This document shows positions 1-9,708 of a stretch of DNA of 64,000 nt, piece by piece; positions within the stretch are counted from its first letter, which is position 1, and each line of letters begins with the position of its first letter. The stretch lies in NCBI GenBank assembly GCA_002435785.1, contig DIUC01000023.1, positions 63,184 to 127,183 on the forward strand, written 5' to 3'. Source of the DNA: Saprospiraceae bacterium UBA6168 (lineage in GTDB: Bacteria; Bacteroidota; Bacteroidia; Chitinophagales; Saprospiraceae). The position numbers and the translations under genes are program-made. The notes under the pieces are model-generated. The model did not search any database. It saw only the letters and a list, made by a program, of their open reading frames with translations, and was not told the origin of the DNA.

Positions 1-1140
1 GTGGACTACGACAAGGAGCGGGAGCTTGGCATAGCGCAAGGAAACGTCATCTGGCAGGACACGACGGAAAAGCTGACGGTGGTCGCTGAGTTTGCGGAGC
101 ACAGCAAGCAGCGCAACTACCTCAAGGCAAGCGGCGGCAAACACGGCAGGCCCCTTTTGATAAAGGTCATTGACGGCGATTCGCTCTACATCAGCGCCGA
201 TACGCTGATGTCGCTGCAACCCGATAAGCTTGCCAATGCCCCTGCTGTGGATACCCTGCAATCCGCTGCCCCCGACACAATTTCCCAAGCCGAAACGCCC
301 GCAACCTCAATCCCACAAAAGCCCAATGCCCAACCGGGCAAGCCCCCGACAAAGCAGCCCGAACCCGCCATCCCGCAAAAACTTTTTGAGATACCTTCGG
401 AAACGGACAGCCTGCAAACACCCCCAATTGCCCCGAAAGATTCCGTTCTATTGGACTCAACCGTTGCGCCCAATCCGCAATCCGCAATCCGCAGTCCGCA
501 ATCAGAAGACGACCGCATCATCCTCGCCTTCCACGATGTACGCATCTTCAAGAGCAACCTGCAAGCCCTCTGCGATTCCCTTTCTTACAGTACCGTGGAC
601 TCAATGTTCCGGCTGTTCACGGCGCCCATCATCTGGTCGGACACCTCGCAGTTCACCGCCGACACGGTGAACATCCAATTGGCCAACGACAAGATTGACC
701 AGATATTCATGCGGCAGAACAGCTTCATCGTCAACTCACCGGACGAGTTCTTTTTCAACCAAATCAAGGGCAAGAACAGCATCGCCATGTTCGACAGCAG
801 CGAGCTGCGGCGGGTGCGGGTGGAGGGCAATGCCGAGTCGGTCTATTACGCCCTCGACGACGACAAGGCGTACATCGGCGTGAACAAGACCGTGTGTAGC
901 GAGATGTTGATTTTGTTTGGGAACAACGAGGTGGAGGGCATCAAGTTTTACACCCAGCCAAAAGCCACGCTTTTTCCCATGAAGAAGGCCGACCACGAGG
1001 GTTTGAAAATGGCTGGGTTCAGTTGGCAGATGGAGCGGCGCCCGCAGTCCGTGGAGGATTTGTTGGTGGCGAAGTCGGTGGTGGTGAGGCCAGTTGTGCC
1101 CCCGGGTTTGGTACCTGTGGAAGTAGAAAAAGAGAAGTAA
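1..1140 (+). CDS. 3' part of a gene for an OstA/LptA-fold-like envelope protein with a Pro/Gln-rich linker (5' end outside window)
   Basis: ORF is open to the left edge, so the GTG at 1 is an edge artefact; stop at 1138-1140. A PQ-rich low-complexity stretch separates two beta-rich halves. Family call by resemblance only. Confidence 0.35.
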   Translation: MDYDKERELGIAQGNVIWQDTTEKLTVVAEFAEHSKQRNYLKASGGKHGRPLLIKVIDGDSLYISADTLMSLQPDKLANAPAVDTLQSAAPDTISQAETPATSIPQKPNAQPGKPPTKQPEPAIPQKLFEIPSETDSLQTPPIAPKDSVLLDSTVAPNPQSAIRSPQSEDDRIILAFHDVRIFKSNLQALCDSLSYSTVDSMFRLFTAPIIWSDTSQFTADTVNIQLANDKIDQIFMRQNSFIVNSPDEFFFNQIKGKNSIAMFDSSELRRVRVEGNAESVYYALDDDKAYIGVNKTVCSEMLILFGNNEVEGIKFYTQPKATLFPMKKADHEGLKMAGFSWQMERRPQSVEDLLVAKSVVVRPVVPPGLVPVEVEKEK

Positions 1141-1187
1141 GGAAGCGTTGCAATTCCACCTGTCAATGCCTGAAAAGTCCTTTCCCT

Positions 1188-1370
1188 TCAATCATTTTTA
1201 GTAGGTTTTTGAGCAGCCGTGGGTGTTGCCACTGAAACGTCAGGCTTATTCCTCCGGCACTTTTCGCTGCAAAACTTTACGGCTTCCCAACAGCCTTCCC
1301 ATTTCTTGCGCCAACCGAAGGGGCGGTTGCATACCGGACAGGTTTTGGTTGGCAAATCAGCTTTTTTCAT
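1188..1370 (-). CDS. DUF2256-family small Cys-rich protein
   Basis: 60 aa. CPVCNRPFGWRKKW...VKFCSEKCRR fits the CxxC...WRKKW...CSxxC pattern of DUF2256. Confidence 0.65.
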   Translation of the reverse strand: MKKADLPTKTCPVCNRPFGWRKKWEGCWEAVKFCSEKCRRNKPDVSVATPTAAQKPTKND

Positions 1371-1449
1371 TGAACAGTCGGCAATTTTGAAAATGAAAAT
1401 TCAAAACCGATTAAAGCAGATTATGTTTGTAGCAATTAATTGAATCGTC

Positions 1450-2220
1450 ATGCCAACTAAATCTCCACTGCTTGTCCTCGCAAACATCCTATCGTTGGCC
1501 GCCGTGCTGGTGGTGAACTACCTCGCCAACGCCCTGCCCATCGCCGGACGAACGCCAGGCGGGGTCTCCGATATGTTCCCCACGCTGTTCACCCCGGCGG
1601 GGTTCACTTTCAGCATTTGGGGCCTGATTTACTTGCTGTTGCTGGGGTTTGTCATTTACCAAGCCCGGTTTTTTGCCAAGGAGCGGCCTGTTTTTATGCA
1701 AAAGATAGGTTGGTTGTTCGTGCTGTCGTGTGCCGCCAACATCGGCTGGCTGTTCGCTTTCCACCATTTGCAAATAGAGCTTTCCATGCTCGTGATGCTG
1801 GCCTTGCTGGGCAGTTTGCTGGTCATTTACCTGCGGCTCGACATTGGCCGGGCGGCGGCATTCCCCGCTGAACGCTGGTTAGTGAACCTGCCTTTCAGCA
1901 TCTATCTTGGCTGGGTCACGGTGGCCACCATCGCCAATGTCAGCATACTGCTCACCCATTTGGGCTGGGACGGAGAGCCGGGCGGGCCGCAACTATGGAC
2001 GGTCATCACCATTGCCGCTGCCGTTACCTTGGGGCTAATTGCGTTGTTTTTTCGACGGGATTTTGGCTATGCCGGTGTGCTTATTTGGGCGCTTTTCGGG
2101 ATTTACTCCAAGCGAATGGCCGATTTCGGCACGGATGATGGCATGGTGGAAATGGCAGCCATCATTGGCATGGTGCTATTGGGACTGGGCGTGGTGTACC
2201 GTATTTTCAAACGCAACTGA
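1450..2220 (+). CDS. TspO/MBR-related tryptophan-rich integral membrane protein (long form)
   Basis: 256 aa with multiple hydrophobic helices and aromatic/Trp-rich blocks (FTFSIWGLIYLLL, GWLFAFHHL, YLGWVTVATIAN). Call by resemblance. Confidence 0.5.
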   Translation: MPTKSPLLVLANILSLAAVLVVNYLANALPIAGRTPGGVSDMFPTLFTPAGFTFSIWGLIYLLLLGFVIYQARFFAKERPVFMQKIGWLFVLSCAANIGWLFAFHHLQIELSMLVMLALLGSLLVIYLRLDIGRAAAFPAERWLVNLPFSIYLGWVTVATIANVSILLTHLGWDGEPGGPQLWTVITIAAAVTLGLIALFFRRDFGYAGVLIWALFGIYSKRMADFGTDDGMVEMAAIIGMVLLGLGVVYRIFKRN

Positions 2221-2226
2221 TTGATT

Positions 2227-2505
2227 ATGAGCATAGAACTAAACGAAGATGACATTGACCGCATCATCGGCATGGCCTGGGAAGACCGCACCCCCTTTGA
2301 CGCCATCGAGGCACAGTTCGGCGTGAACGAACAGGCGGTCATCGAACTGATGCGGCGGGAGATGAAGGCCTCCAGTTTTCGCATGTGGCGGCAGCGGGTG
2401 CAAGGCCGGGCGACGAAGCATGTTGCGAAGCGGGACTTCGCCGAAGGCAGGCACAAATGCGACAGGCAGCGGGCCATTTCCAATAATAAAATCAGCAAAC
2501 GTTAG
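2227..2505 (+). CDS. TIGR03643 / DUF2805 family protein
   Basis: IIGMAWEDRTPFDAIEAQFG...VIELMRREMK..SFRMWRQRV block. The ORF track starts at TTG 2221; the first ATG is 2227. The end overlaps the convergent gene by 4 nt. Confidence 0.65.
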   Translation: MSIELNEDDIDRIIGMAWEDRTPFDAIEAQFGVNEQAVIELMRREMKASSFRMWRQRVQGRATKHVAKRDFAEGRHKCDRQRAISNNKISKR

Positions 2506-3074
2506 ACCCAAATCAACCCCTCTCCCTCCTCTCCAAACGGCAAAGCCTCGCCCCGGCCATGCCGCCAGCCCGACAACCACGCCAAGGCGGCATCCACTTG
2601 GTGCCAGTTTTCAGGCTGCTTCGCAAATGGGAACGGCAGCTTTTCCGCCTTTTTTACCAAAAACGCAGAAAGGTCTTTTTTGTAAAAAACATCGCCCTGA
2701 AATGCGATCCGCACGAGCTGTGCGGGATAGATTTCATAAAAAGGAATCAAAGGAAAAGCTGCCCGGACTTGCATTGCCCGAGCCGTCAGCCCACCGAGGA
2801 ACATGGGCGACATGGCCCCTAACAGTCGGTCGCACTGGCGATAATGGAAATTGTCGCCCTCGCCCTGGTAAACCCCCGGCAAACTGAGCGGTGCGTCCAT
2901 ATAGACGGCGCTTGGGTTTTGCTCCGCAATAATGTTGCGAAGCCAAGCGTCGGCGTCCTGCTTTTTGGCGCTTTGAAGGAGGTGCAGGTGGCCGTTTTTT
3001 GCAGAGCAAACGACAGTGGTTCCGGCGAGCTTGGCGCCGAAGTCAATGGCGAGGTGCGATGATGGTGATTTCAA
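2502..3074 (-). CDS. DUF429-like (RNase H-fold) hypothetical protein
   Basis: 190 aa. LAIDFGAKLAGT N-terminus, YMDAPLSLP, RQCDRLLGAMSP and HQVDAALAWLSG resemble DUF429 blocks. Confidence 0.45.
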   Translation of the reverse strand: MKSPSSHLAIDFGAKLAGTTVVCSAKNGHLHLLQSAKKQDADAWLRNIIAEQNPSAVYMDAPLSLPGVYQGEGDNFHYRQCDRLLGAMSPMFLGGLTARAMQVRAAFPLIPFYEIYPAQLVRIAFQGDVFYKKDLSAFLVKKAEKLPFPFAKQPENWHQVDAALAWLSGWRHGRGEALPFGEEGEGLIWV

Positions 3075-3195
3075 AATATTTGGGTGGCATAATTTAGGTG
3101 GAAGTACCGTTCATTGGAACAACAAAATGCGATAAGTTAAAAATGGTTTTTGCCCTTGCTGATAACCCCACCATCAATTCCGAATAAACAAGCAC

Positions 3196-3203
3196 TAACT
3201 TTG
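3196..3203 (+). promoter_or_regulatory. Candidate Bacteroidota -7 box (TAACTTTG)
   Basis: Exact TAnnTTTG 6 nt upstream of the cyclase ATG at 3209. This would imply a leaderless or very short-leader mRNA. Confidence 0.3.
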
Positions 3204-3208
3204 CGCAC

Positions 3209-4621
3209 ATGAAACAAAACCTATTAAAGTATGGGCATATCGCTGCCATCGGACTGGTGCTGGTTGGGCTTGTCTTTTACTTTTTCAGTAAGCCGGCACT
3301 GCCACGCACGCTGTTGTCCGAGCAGTTTCTGCCGGAGCAGGAAAAGCTGGCCGCCCTCTTGGACGAAATCAAGGTTTTTGGCTTTGCCGGAACGCCGCAA
3401 AGCCAGCAGGACAGCCTTGCTATGGCCCTCGACCTCTATGGCGCTGCCGACTACGCTGGAGCGCAACAGTCGCTGGAATCCTACCTCGCCGCCTACCCGG
3501 ACGACAAGACGGCAAGGTTCTACTTTGGCATGACTTATCTTTATAGGAATGCCCCTGAGAAAGCGCTTAAAACCCTGTCGCCACTCTCTGAACTCAAGGG
3601 CTTTGACCTTCAGGACGATGCCAGGTGGTACGCCGCCCTGGCGGCTTCCAGTTTGGACCAGATGCGGGCGCTCGGCCTTTTTTCAGCCTTGGCCAAAGAC
3701 CCCGACTCCAAGTACCAGCAGGCAGCCGCTGCGGTGATGACCTCCGTGCTGGACAATCCTGGCAAGTTCAGTTTCCAAATCGAGAGCGGCGACGTGCTCA
3801 AATGCTCACTTGTCATCGCCTCCACGGAAGCTTGGTGGCAAGCTGCGTGGTTGCGGGCGCTCATTGCCCTGCTGTTCCCCGCTGGTGGGGCGGGCTTGTT
3901 TTTTTGGCGAAACAAGGTCAAAAAGCTGGAGCACGACAACGAAATCATGGGCGCAGAGATTCAGCGTTCCGATGCCTTGTTGCACAACATCCTGCCTGCC
4001 GAAACGGCGCAGGAACTCAAGCAATACGGGCATTCTGACACCCGTCGCCATGAGCAGGTCACTGTGTTGTTTTGTGATTTTCAGGGCTTCACCAACATTG
4101 CAGAGGAGCTTGGCCCGGAGGAATTGGTGGACTACCTGAGCACCTGCTTTGAGGCTTATGACCGTATTATCACGGAGTGCGGCTTGGAAAAAATTAAGAC
4201 AGTTGGCGACTGCTATATCTGTGCGGGTGGGCTTTCAATGAGTGGAAACCAGCCACCGGGGGAGGGTAGTGCCACAGCGGATGCCAAAAGGGTGGTAAAT
4301 GCAGCCCAAAGGATGTTGGCGTTTTTGCAGGAATTCAACCAAGGGCAAGCCGAAAAAGGCAAACCTGCCTTCCATGCACGGGTTGGCATACACACGGGGC
4401 CTGTGGTGGCGGGCATTGTCGGGATAAAGAAGTACGCCTACGACATCTGGGGCGATACCGTGAACATCGCCGCGCGGATGGAGCAGTCCAGTGAGGGTGG
4501 GCGCATCAACATATCCGGCTCGACCTACGAGCTGGTGAAGGGGGATTTTGCCTGCACCTTTAGGGGTAAAATCGAGGCCAAGGGGAAGGGGGCTGTGGAC
4601 ATGTACTTCGTAATGGAGTAA
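3209..4621 (+). CDS. Membrane-bound class III adenylate/guanylate cyclase with an extracytoplasmic TPR-like sensor domain
   Basis: Cyclase homology domain: VTVLFCDFQGFT, KTVGDCYICAGG, VGIHTGPVVAGIVGIKKYAYDIWGDTVNIAARMEQ. TM helix at aa ~10-26, a ~180-aa TPR-like region, then a second TM (ALIALLFPAGGAGLFFW). Confidence 0.85.
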   Translation: MKQNLLKYGHIAAIGLVLVGLVFYFFSKPALPRTLLSEQFLPEQEKLAALLDEIKVFGFAGTPQSQQDSLAMALDLYGAADYAGAQQSLESYLAAYPDDKTARFYFGMTYLYRNAPEKALKTLSPLSELKGFDLQDDARWYAALAASSLDQMRALGLFSALAKDPDSKYQQAAAAVMTSVLDNPGKFSFQIESGDVLKCSLVIASTEAWWQAAWLRALIALLFPAGGAGLFFWRNKVKKLEHDNEIMGAEIQRSDALLHNILPAETAQELKQYGHSDTRRHEQVTVLFCDFQGFTNIAEELGPEELVDYLSTCFEAYDRIITECGLEKIKTVGDCYICAGGLSMSGNQPPGEGSATADAKRVVNAAQRMLAFLQEFNQGQAEKGKPAFHARVGIHTGPVVAGIVGIKKYAYDIWGDTVNIAARMEQSSEGGRINISGSTYELVKGDFACTFRGKIEAKGKGAVDMYFVME

Positions 4622-4786
4622 CGTGGTATTGGCTTTTAAATACAAGCCCCGTTACTCCCTCGATTTTTTGGAAACCCTGTTTTCTTGAGATAAATTATAG
4701 ATTTGCCTTTCTTCGCTCCAAAGCTTCCAGTAACACAATCAAATCTTCACAAGAACCTATCTATTCACCGTTTAAATAATTTTGTA

Positions 4787-5689
4787 ATGAAAACGATTCA
4801 TGCACAAATGGTGGCTATTATTCTAATTGTAGCCATCTCCACCAATCACTCCTTTTCACAATCCATTGACCTCGATGAATCCAGCAGTTGCGTGGTTTCA
4901 GAGGTGAACGGAAAGGTAACTTACCTTGAAAAAGGCAGCACGACTGCCAAGCCCGTTACCGCTGGCACTGTTTTACCGGAGGATGCAACCGTCGTGGTGG
5001 CCAACAAGGCATCGTTCTCCTTAGCTTGTGGTGACCGCTCGTTGCCTATCGCCAAAAAAGGAACTTACCAAATGGCTGCGCTGGCAAAAGAGGTGGCGTC
5101 GAGGGGAGAAGTTTCAAGGTTTGCAAAAATGGCGTTTTCGGCGAAGGGGTATGCTACAGATACTTCAAAGATTCGAAAAGGATGGGGTGACAGGGATTCG
5201 CTCCTTTTCACTATTCCCACCGGTGGCAAAGTCTCACTTCAACCAACCATGTTCAGTTGGACGCCACTGAAAGCTGGCTCCATTTACAAGCTAATCGTGT
5301 ATGAAAATGCCAAAGATGCACCCGTGTTATCCGCCACAACTTCGGGCGCTTCCTTCAACTTTGACCCTACCCAATTGGCAGTCAAAACTGGCCAACTCTA
5401 TTATGTCCAAGTGGCGCTTGCCAATGACAATAAAACGGCATCCAAAGTGGTGAACATATCCTTTGTTTCGCAAAATGAAGCCGAAAAGGCATTGGAGCCA
5501 TTGATGAAGGACAAAGAATACATGAGCAGCAGTGCTGTTAAAAAATTATTGATGGAAGCCATGGAACTGGAATCCATGCAGTTCAATTCTTTGGCAGGTG
5601 AAAGGTATCAAAAAGCTATAAGCATGGATACCAATAATGCCTTGCCAAAACAGCTATATGCTGCGTTTTTGGATAGGGTGGGGAAGTAA
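4787..5689 (+). CDS. Secreted hypothetical protein, FecR-like beta domain plus helical C-terminus
   Basis: Start moved from TTG 4703 to ATG 4787, which gives the signal peptide MKTIHAQMVAIILIVAISTNHSFSQ. VNGKVTYLEKGSTTAKPVTAGTVLPEDATVVVANKASFSLACGD resembles a FecR-type sensor domain. Confidence 0.45.
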   Translation: MKTIHAQMVAIILIVAISTNHSFSQSIDLDESSSCVVSEVNGKVTYLEKGSTTAKPVTAGTVLPEDATVVVANKASFSLACGDRSLPIAKKGTYQMAALAKEVASRGEVSRFAKMAFSAKGYATDTSKIRKGWGDRDSLLFTIPTGGKVSLQPTMFSWTPLKAGSIYKLIVYENAKDAPVLSATTSGASFNFDPTQLAVKTGQLYYVQVALANDNKTASKVVNISFVSQNEAEKALEPLMKDKEYMSSSAVKKLLMEAMELESMQFNSLAGERYQKAISMDTNNALPKQLYAAFLDRVGK

Positions 5690-5723
5690 ATCATCACATG
5701 TTCGCATGAACCTTGGTTAAATC

Positions 5724-5761
5724 AAACTGCCCCGTTAGCGATATAGTTGACGGGGCAGTTT
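5724..5761. terminator. Bidirectional hairpin between convergent genes
   Basis: Perfect 12-bp stem, aaactgccccgt / acggggcagttt, with a 14-nt loop, followed by gctttt. Confidence 0.6.
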
Positions 5762-5794
5762 GCTTTTGAAGCCAATGGAATCAACTATTTTACC

Positions 5795-7759
5795 TCATTT
5801 CTTTTCAGGAAAATATTGCTGCATCAACATTTCATATTCCTTGATGTTCCGAACATTGTCAAGGTCGCCATCGCTATTGATATCCTCATACTTGTATCCG
5901 TTTTGGATTGCTTTTTCGAGCCATAAAATTGCGCTGGAAGGATGGTTTTGCAGCGAATTAAGGCAAGCAAGATTAAAGTAAGTGTCAACATCTGGGCGCA
6001 ATTTTACCAACTTTTCATTTACTTTAATTCCCATTTCATATTGCTCCAAAAGATAAAATACATACCCTAAAACATGATAGGCATCCACAAAATTTGAATC
6101 TACCTCAATTGCTTTAAGCCCCATTCGCTCCGCATCTTCCAAACGCCTCCATTCTTTAAATGTCCCAGCGGCATTGAAATATGGCATAACCCACTTCGGT
6201 GCCAACTCCATTGCCATCTCATAATTATCGATCTGCTTTTGAAACAGTTCCGAGTTTTTTTCTTGGTTGCCGACCTGATAAGGTTTTCTGATTTCATCAT
6301 AAATCAACCCAATCTCATTGTAAACATAAGCAGCGTCAGGGTCATATTCGAGTGCCTTATTTTCTAATGTCAATGCCTCTTCAAACAGGGAGGCATTCTT
6401 TGTTTTTACCCCTTCCAACCGCTTTGTCAACCCTTCAAAATAATACTGCTTGGCCAGTAACTGCGGGTACAAAACATGCGACTTACCCAGCAATGATGCG
6501 GCTTTTGCAATATATACCGGGTTGTTTTTGTACCGGTCAATATCCTCGTTCCAACGAGCGGCCAGCTCCTCCGGGTCGGCACGGAGGTAGGCATTAATGG
6601 CTTGTTGCGATTCTTCCTGAAGTGCCACGGCGAAGTTCCGCTTCATTACATGGCGCATCGGTTCCAAAGCGGGTTCATCCTTCAACCTATCGTACAGCTC
6701 GCTCGCCGAGCGACCGGGCTGGCGGTCGGCTTTTTGGTCGGAGGGCAAGAAGTAATGGACATCCACGGCAGCCAAAAATTCAGCGTAAAGTTGTTGAACC
6801 GAGGTGTCCGCATTGGCAAGTAACACCGCTTCAAATCCCTTTGGAGCTATCTTATGTAGCTGATTGGCCGCTTTCCGCGTTTCTTTGAGGACGGCCAATT
6901 CGTCGGGGTCCACAGCACTGAGTTGGGTACCCTTGTTGCCGGTCGTGTTTGGGAACTGCTTCTGGTCGGTTTCGGTGGGCACTGTTTCCATCAAGTAGCG
7001 ATCCAGTTCAAACAGGGTCACTTTTTGGTCGCTATTGCCGTCCGCCATGCCTGTAAGCCCATCAATCAGGTGGAAGGAGAAAGCTCCACGCCCGCCGCCC
7101 CACTGCTCGCCTTCGAGCGAAAGTTCATTGGGTTGGCAGGACATGATTTTGATTTGGTTCTGAAAAATGGCAGCCATTGCGCTGGCCGTGGACAGGACGC
7201 CCTCCCGTCCTCCGGCAAGGTTCCCGGAGCGGCAAGCATCCGTGATGAGCACGATTCTGCACTGGTTCTTTTGCACGAATGTTTCGAGGTATTCATTGAG
7301 GTCTTCCAGGCGCACCCCGCCGATGCGGTAATTGGAGGGGGGGGTGTCGTAGGCCAGCAGGTATCCTTGTTGCCGCAGGGTTTTGGTCTCTACGTCGCCA
7401 TGACCGGAGAAGTAAATCAGCACCTGGTCGTTCGGTTTGGTGACTTCCAACAGCCAATCGAGGCCCCCATAAATCTGGGCATGAGTGGCTTTATCATTCG
7501 TCAGCACTTTAATTTGCTCGTCCTTTAACTGGCCGCCAGACTTGGATTTTAAATAAGCTACGAACTCCGAGGCGTCCCGGTGGGCATATTTCAAATCTGG
7601 GATATGGTCATCTTGGTAATCGGACACGCCAACCACCAGCGCCCAAGTCTTGCCACCGTCCGATGCCTCCAAGGGCAGCGCACCAGCCCCTTTGGTTTGC
7701 TGCGCAATAAGGGTGGCAGTAACAAAAAAGGAAAAGAGGAAACTGAATATTTTCATCAT
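5795..7759 (-). CDS. Secreted caspase-family (peptidase C14) protein with C-terminal TPR repeats (paralogue 1)
   Basis: Signal peptide MMKIFSFLFSFFVTATLIAQQ (start at 7759; the ORF extends to 7795). His/Cys dyad motifs LIYFSGHGD and LITDACRSGN. TPR-like C-terminal half. Confidence 0.8.
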   Translation of the reverse strand: MMKIFSFLFSFFVTATLIAQQTKGAGALPLEASDGGKTWALVVGVSDYQDDHIPDLKYAHRDASEFVAYLKSKSGGQLKDEQIKVLTNDKATHAQIYGGLDWLLEVTKPNDQVLIYFSGHGDVETKTLRQQGYLLAYDTPPSNYRIGGVRLEDLNEYLETFVQKNQCRIVLITDACRSGNLAGGREGVLSTASAMAAIFQNQIKIMSCQPNELSLEGEQWGGGRGAFSFHLIDGLTGMADGNSDQKVTLFELDRYLMETVPTETDQKQFPNTTGNKGTQLSAVDPDELAVLKETRKAANQLHKIAPKGFEAVLLANADTSVQQLYAEFLAAVDVHYFLPSDQKADRQPGRSASELYDRLKDEPALEPMRHVMKRNFAVALQEESQQAINAYLRADPEELAARWNEDIDRYKNNPVYIAKAASLLGKSHVLYPQLLAKQYYFEGLTKRLEGVKTKNASLFEEALTLENKALEYDPDAAYVYNEIGLIYDEIRKPYQVGNQEKNSELFQKQIDNYEMAMELAPKWVMPYFNAAGTFKEWRRLEDAERMGLKAIEVDSNFVDAYHVLGYVFYLLEQYEMGIKVNEKLVKLRPDVDTYFNLACLNSLQNHPSSAILWLEKAIQNGYKYEDINSDGDLDNVRNIKEYEMLMQQYFPEKK

Positions 7760-7946
7760 GGTAAAATTTGAAAAGCCGGAATTGTGGCAGTTCATTTTAT
7801 TCTCGTAAAATTAGGCTTCATTTTGTAATCAACCGAAAATTATTTTGACTTTTGATGATGCCTTACACACCCAACTCCGTATTAACTTTAAACCGAACTT
7901 CGGTATGAGCAACTTTATATCCGCCATTTCACAAAATAAGACCTTT

Positions 7947-9698
7947 ATGAAGTTAGCAACTTTAATCATCGCCGCCTGCTGCCTCAGCTTCTATTATTTA
8001 CCAAAAACAGCATTGGTTATCACTAAGTGTACTGATAATCCGCTCCGGGAAAGTACTGCAACGAAAGAAACAAACTTGTATGGCATTGCCGACTTCACAA
8101 CTGAACCAGCATTAGCCGATTCCTACAAGGCCAAGGTCGTCATGGACGTGTTCAAGCGGCTCAAAAATGCCAAGGGCGACTTCCGTTCCCGGCGGCCTTA
8201 CCTGCATTTTGTCAAGGAATCCGGCAGCGGCGTGGCGGCGGCGTACCCAAAGACCGGCCTGATTTTGCTCGAAGAAAAAGGCTACGACATCTGCGTCAGT
8301 TTTGGCAAGGATTCGCTGAACGCACTGGCCGTGCTGCTCGCCCACGAACTGGTGCATTGCTACGAAAAGCACGATTGGGAGGAGTATTTCGCCAGCGAGT
8401 TTAAGGGTTTTGGCCTCGGCGGGGAAGTGAAGGACAACATGAAGGACGACGAAATCCAAGCAGACTACCTTGGTGGGTTTTTGGCCTACCAAGCAGGTTT
8501 TACCACATTTGGTATCATGCCCAAGTTCTTGGATAAGGTGTATGAACAGTACAACCTCAGCGATGAAAAACTGTCCAATTACCCCAAAAAAGAGGAGCGG
8601 AAGAACATTGCGAAGCAATCGGAAGAAAAGCTAAAAAACCTGCTGGAACTTTTCGAAATGGCCAATTTTCTCGTGGCCATGGAGGAGTACGACGATGCCC
8701 TGGAATATTACTATAAGGTGCTGGAAGATTTCCAGAGCCGAGAGATTTACAACAACCTCGGCGTGTTGTCCACCCTGTCGGCCATGAAGCTTTTCACCCC
8801 GCTGCAAAACGAATATTCCTATCCGGTTGAACTTGACGTCAAGTCCCGACTGGGTTCAAGGGGCGATTCGAAAAAGGAGCAGCGGGAGGAAAAGCTCCTT
8901 GCGGCCATTGATTTTTTTGAAAAAGCCCGCCAGCTCGACGCCTTTTATCCCATCGCCTACCTCAATGAGGGCTGCGCACATGCACTGCTTGGCGTGTCAC
9001 AAACTGAGTTCAGCAAAATGGAATGGGAGGATGCCCAAATCGCTGCCAACCGTGCCGTTCGGCTGGCCAAGGACGACCCTGCCCTGCAAAGCACACATGG
9101 CGATGCACTGGTGTTGATGGGCATTTTGAGCGCCTTGAAAAAAGACTCCATTGGTGCTGAGCGCCATTTTGATGCGGCGCTCGCCTTGGACCCGCAGCAT
9201 TTGGTGGCACAGACCAACCGCCATGTCCTGCGGAAAACAAAAGCCGAGGTCCGCTTGGCAAGGGGTGCCAACATCACCAACGAGGTGATTGAAAACACCC
9301 CATTCAACACCATCAAGCTCAATGCCGACAACAAAAAAGCCGATATAACTGCCTTGGACGATTACAAAATCACCTTGCTCGCAAAGAACTACGACCAATC
9401 CAAGGTGCTGGCCAATGCATCCACCACCGGCACTGGCAGCAACAAAATCAAAAAGAACACTTTTTTGCATTTCACGGCCCCCGGCTACGACCTACCATCG
9501 GCCAAAGGCGCTAAAGTCGGCGACAGCTTCCAGTCTGTTCTGGAAAAATATGGAGAGCCATCTGCCCGTATGAGCCTCGGCCACGGCACTTTTTTGCGCT
9601 ACAAATATGATGACCAGACAGGTGGCGGCGGCGGCGTTATTTTCCAGTTCGAAGGGCATAAATTGCTGCGGTGGTGCGTGTATAGGCAGGTGCGGTAG
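7947..9698 (+). CDS. Secreted HExxH metallopeptidase-like protein (M48/M56-like gluzincin motif) with TPR repeats (paralogue 1)
   Basis: MKLATLIIAACCLSFYY N-terminus (start at 7947 inside ORF 7845-9698). GKDSLNALAVLLAHELVHCYEKHD, then DDEIQADYLGG 36 aa after the first His. TPR-like region follows. Confidence 0.6.
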   Translation: MKLATLIIAACCLSFYYLPKTALVITKCTDNPLRESTATKETNLYGIADFTTEPALADSYKAKVVMDVFKRLKNAKGDFRSRRPYLHFVKESGSGVAAAYPKTGLILLEEKGYDICVSFGKDSLNALAVLLAHELVHCYEKHDWEEYFASEFKGFGLGGEVKDNMKDDEIQADYLGGFLAYQAGFTTFGIMPKFLDKVYEQYNLSDEKLSNYPKKEERKNIAKQSEEKLKNLLELFEMANFLVAMEEYDDALEYYYKVLEDFQSREIYNNLGVLSTLSAMKLFTPLQNEYSYPVELDVKSRLGSRGDSKKEQREEKLLAAIDFFEKARQLDAFYPIAYLNEGCAHALLGVSQTEFSKMEWEDAQIAANRAVRLAKDDPALQSTHGDALVLMGILSALKKDSIGAERHFDAALALDPQHLVAQTNRHVLRKTKAEVRLARGANITNEVIENTPFNTIKLNADNKKADITALDDYKITLLAKNYDQSKVLANASTTGTGSNKIKKNTFLHFTAPGYDLPSAKGAKVGDSFQSVLEKYGEPSARMSLGHGTFLRYKYDDQTGGGGGVIFQFEGHKLLRWCVYRQVR

Positions 9699-9708
9699 GC
9701 GGAGGTTC

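Noticed and set aside
7770-7777. Shared GAAAAGCC-like motif near all three caspase genes (7770-7777, 10284-10291, 17552-17563) as a possible ECF promoter element
   Set aside because: The motif is short, one copy has a 3-nt insertion, and distance and orientation relative to the start codons differ. It is too weak to call without a genome-wide motif test.
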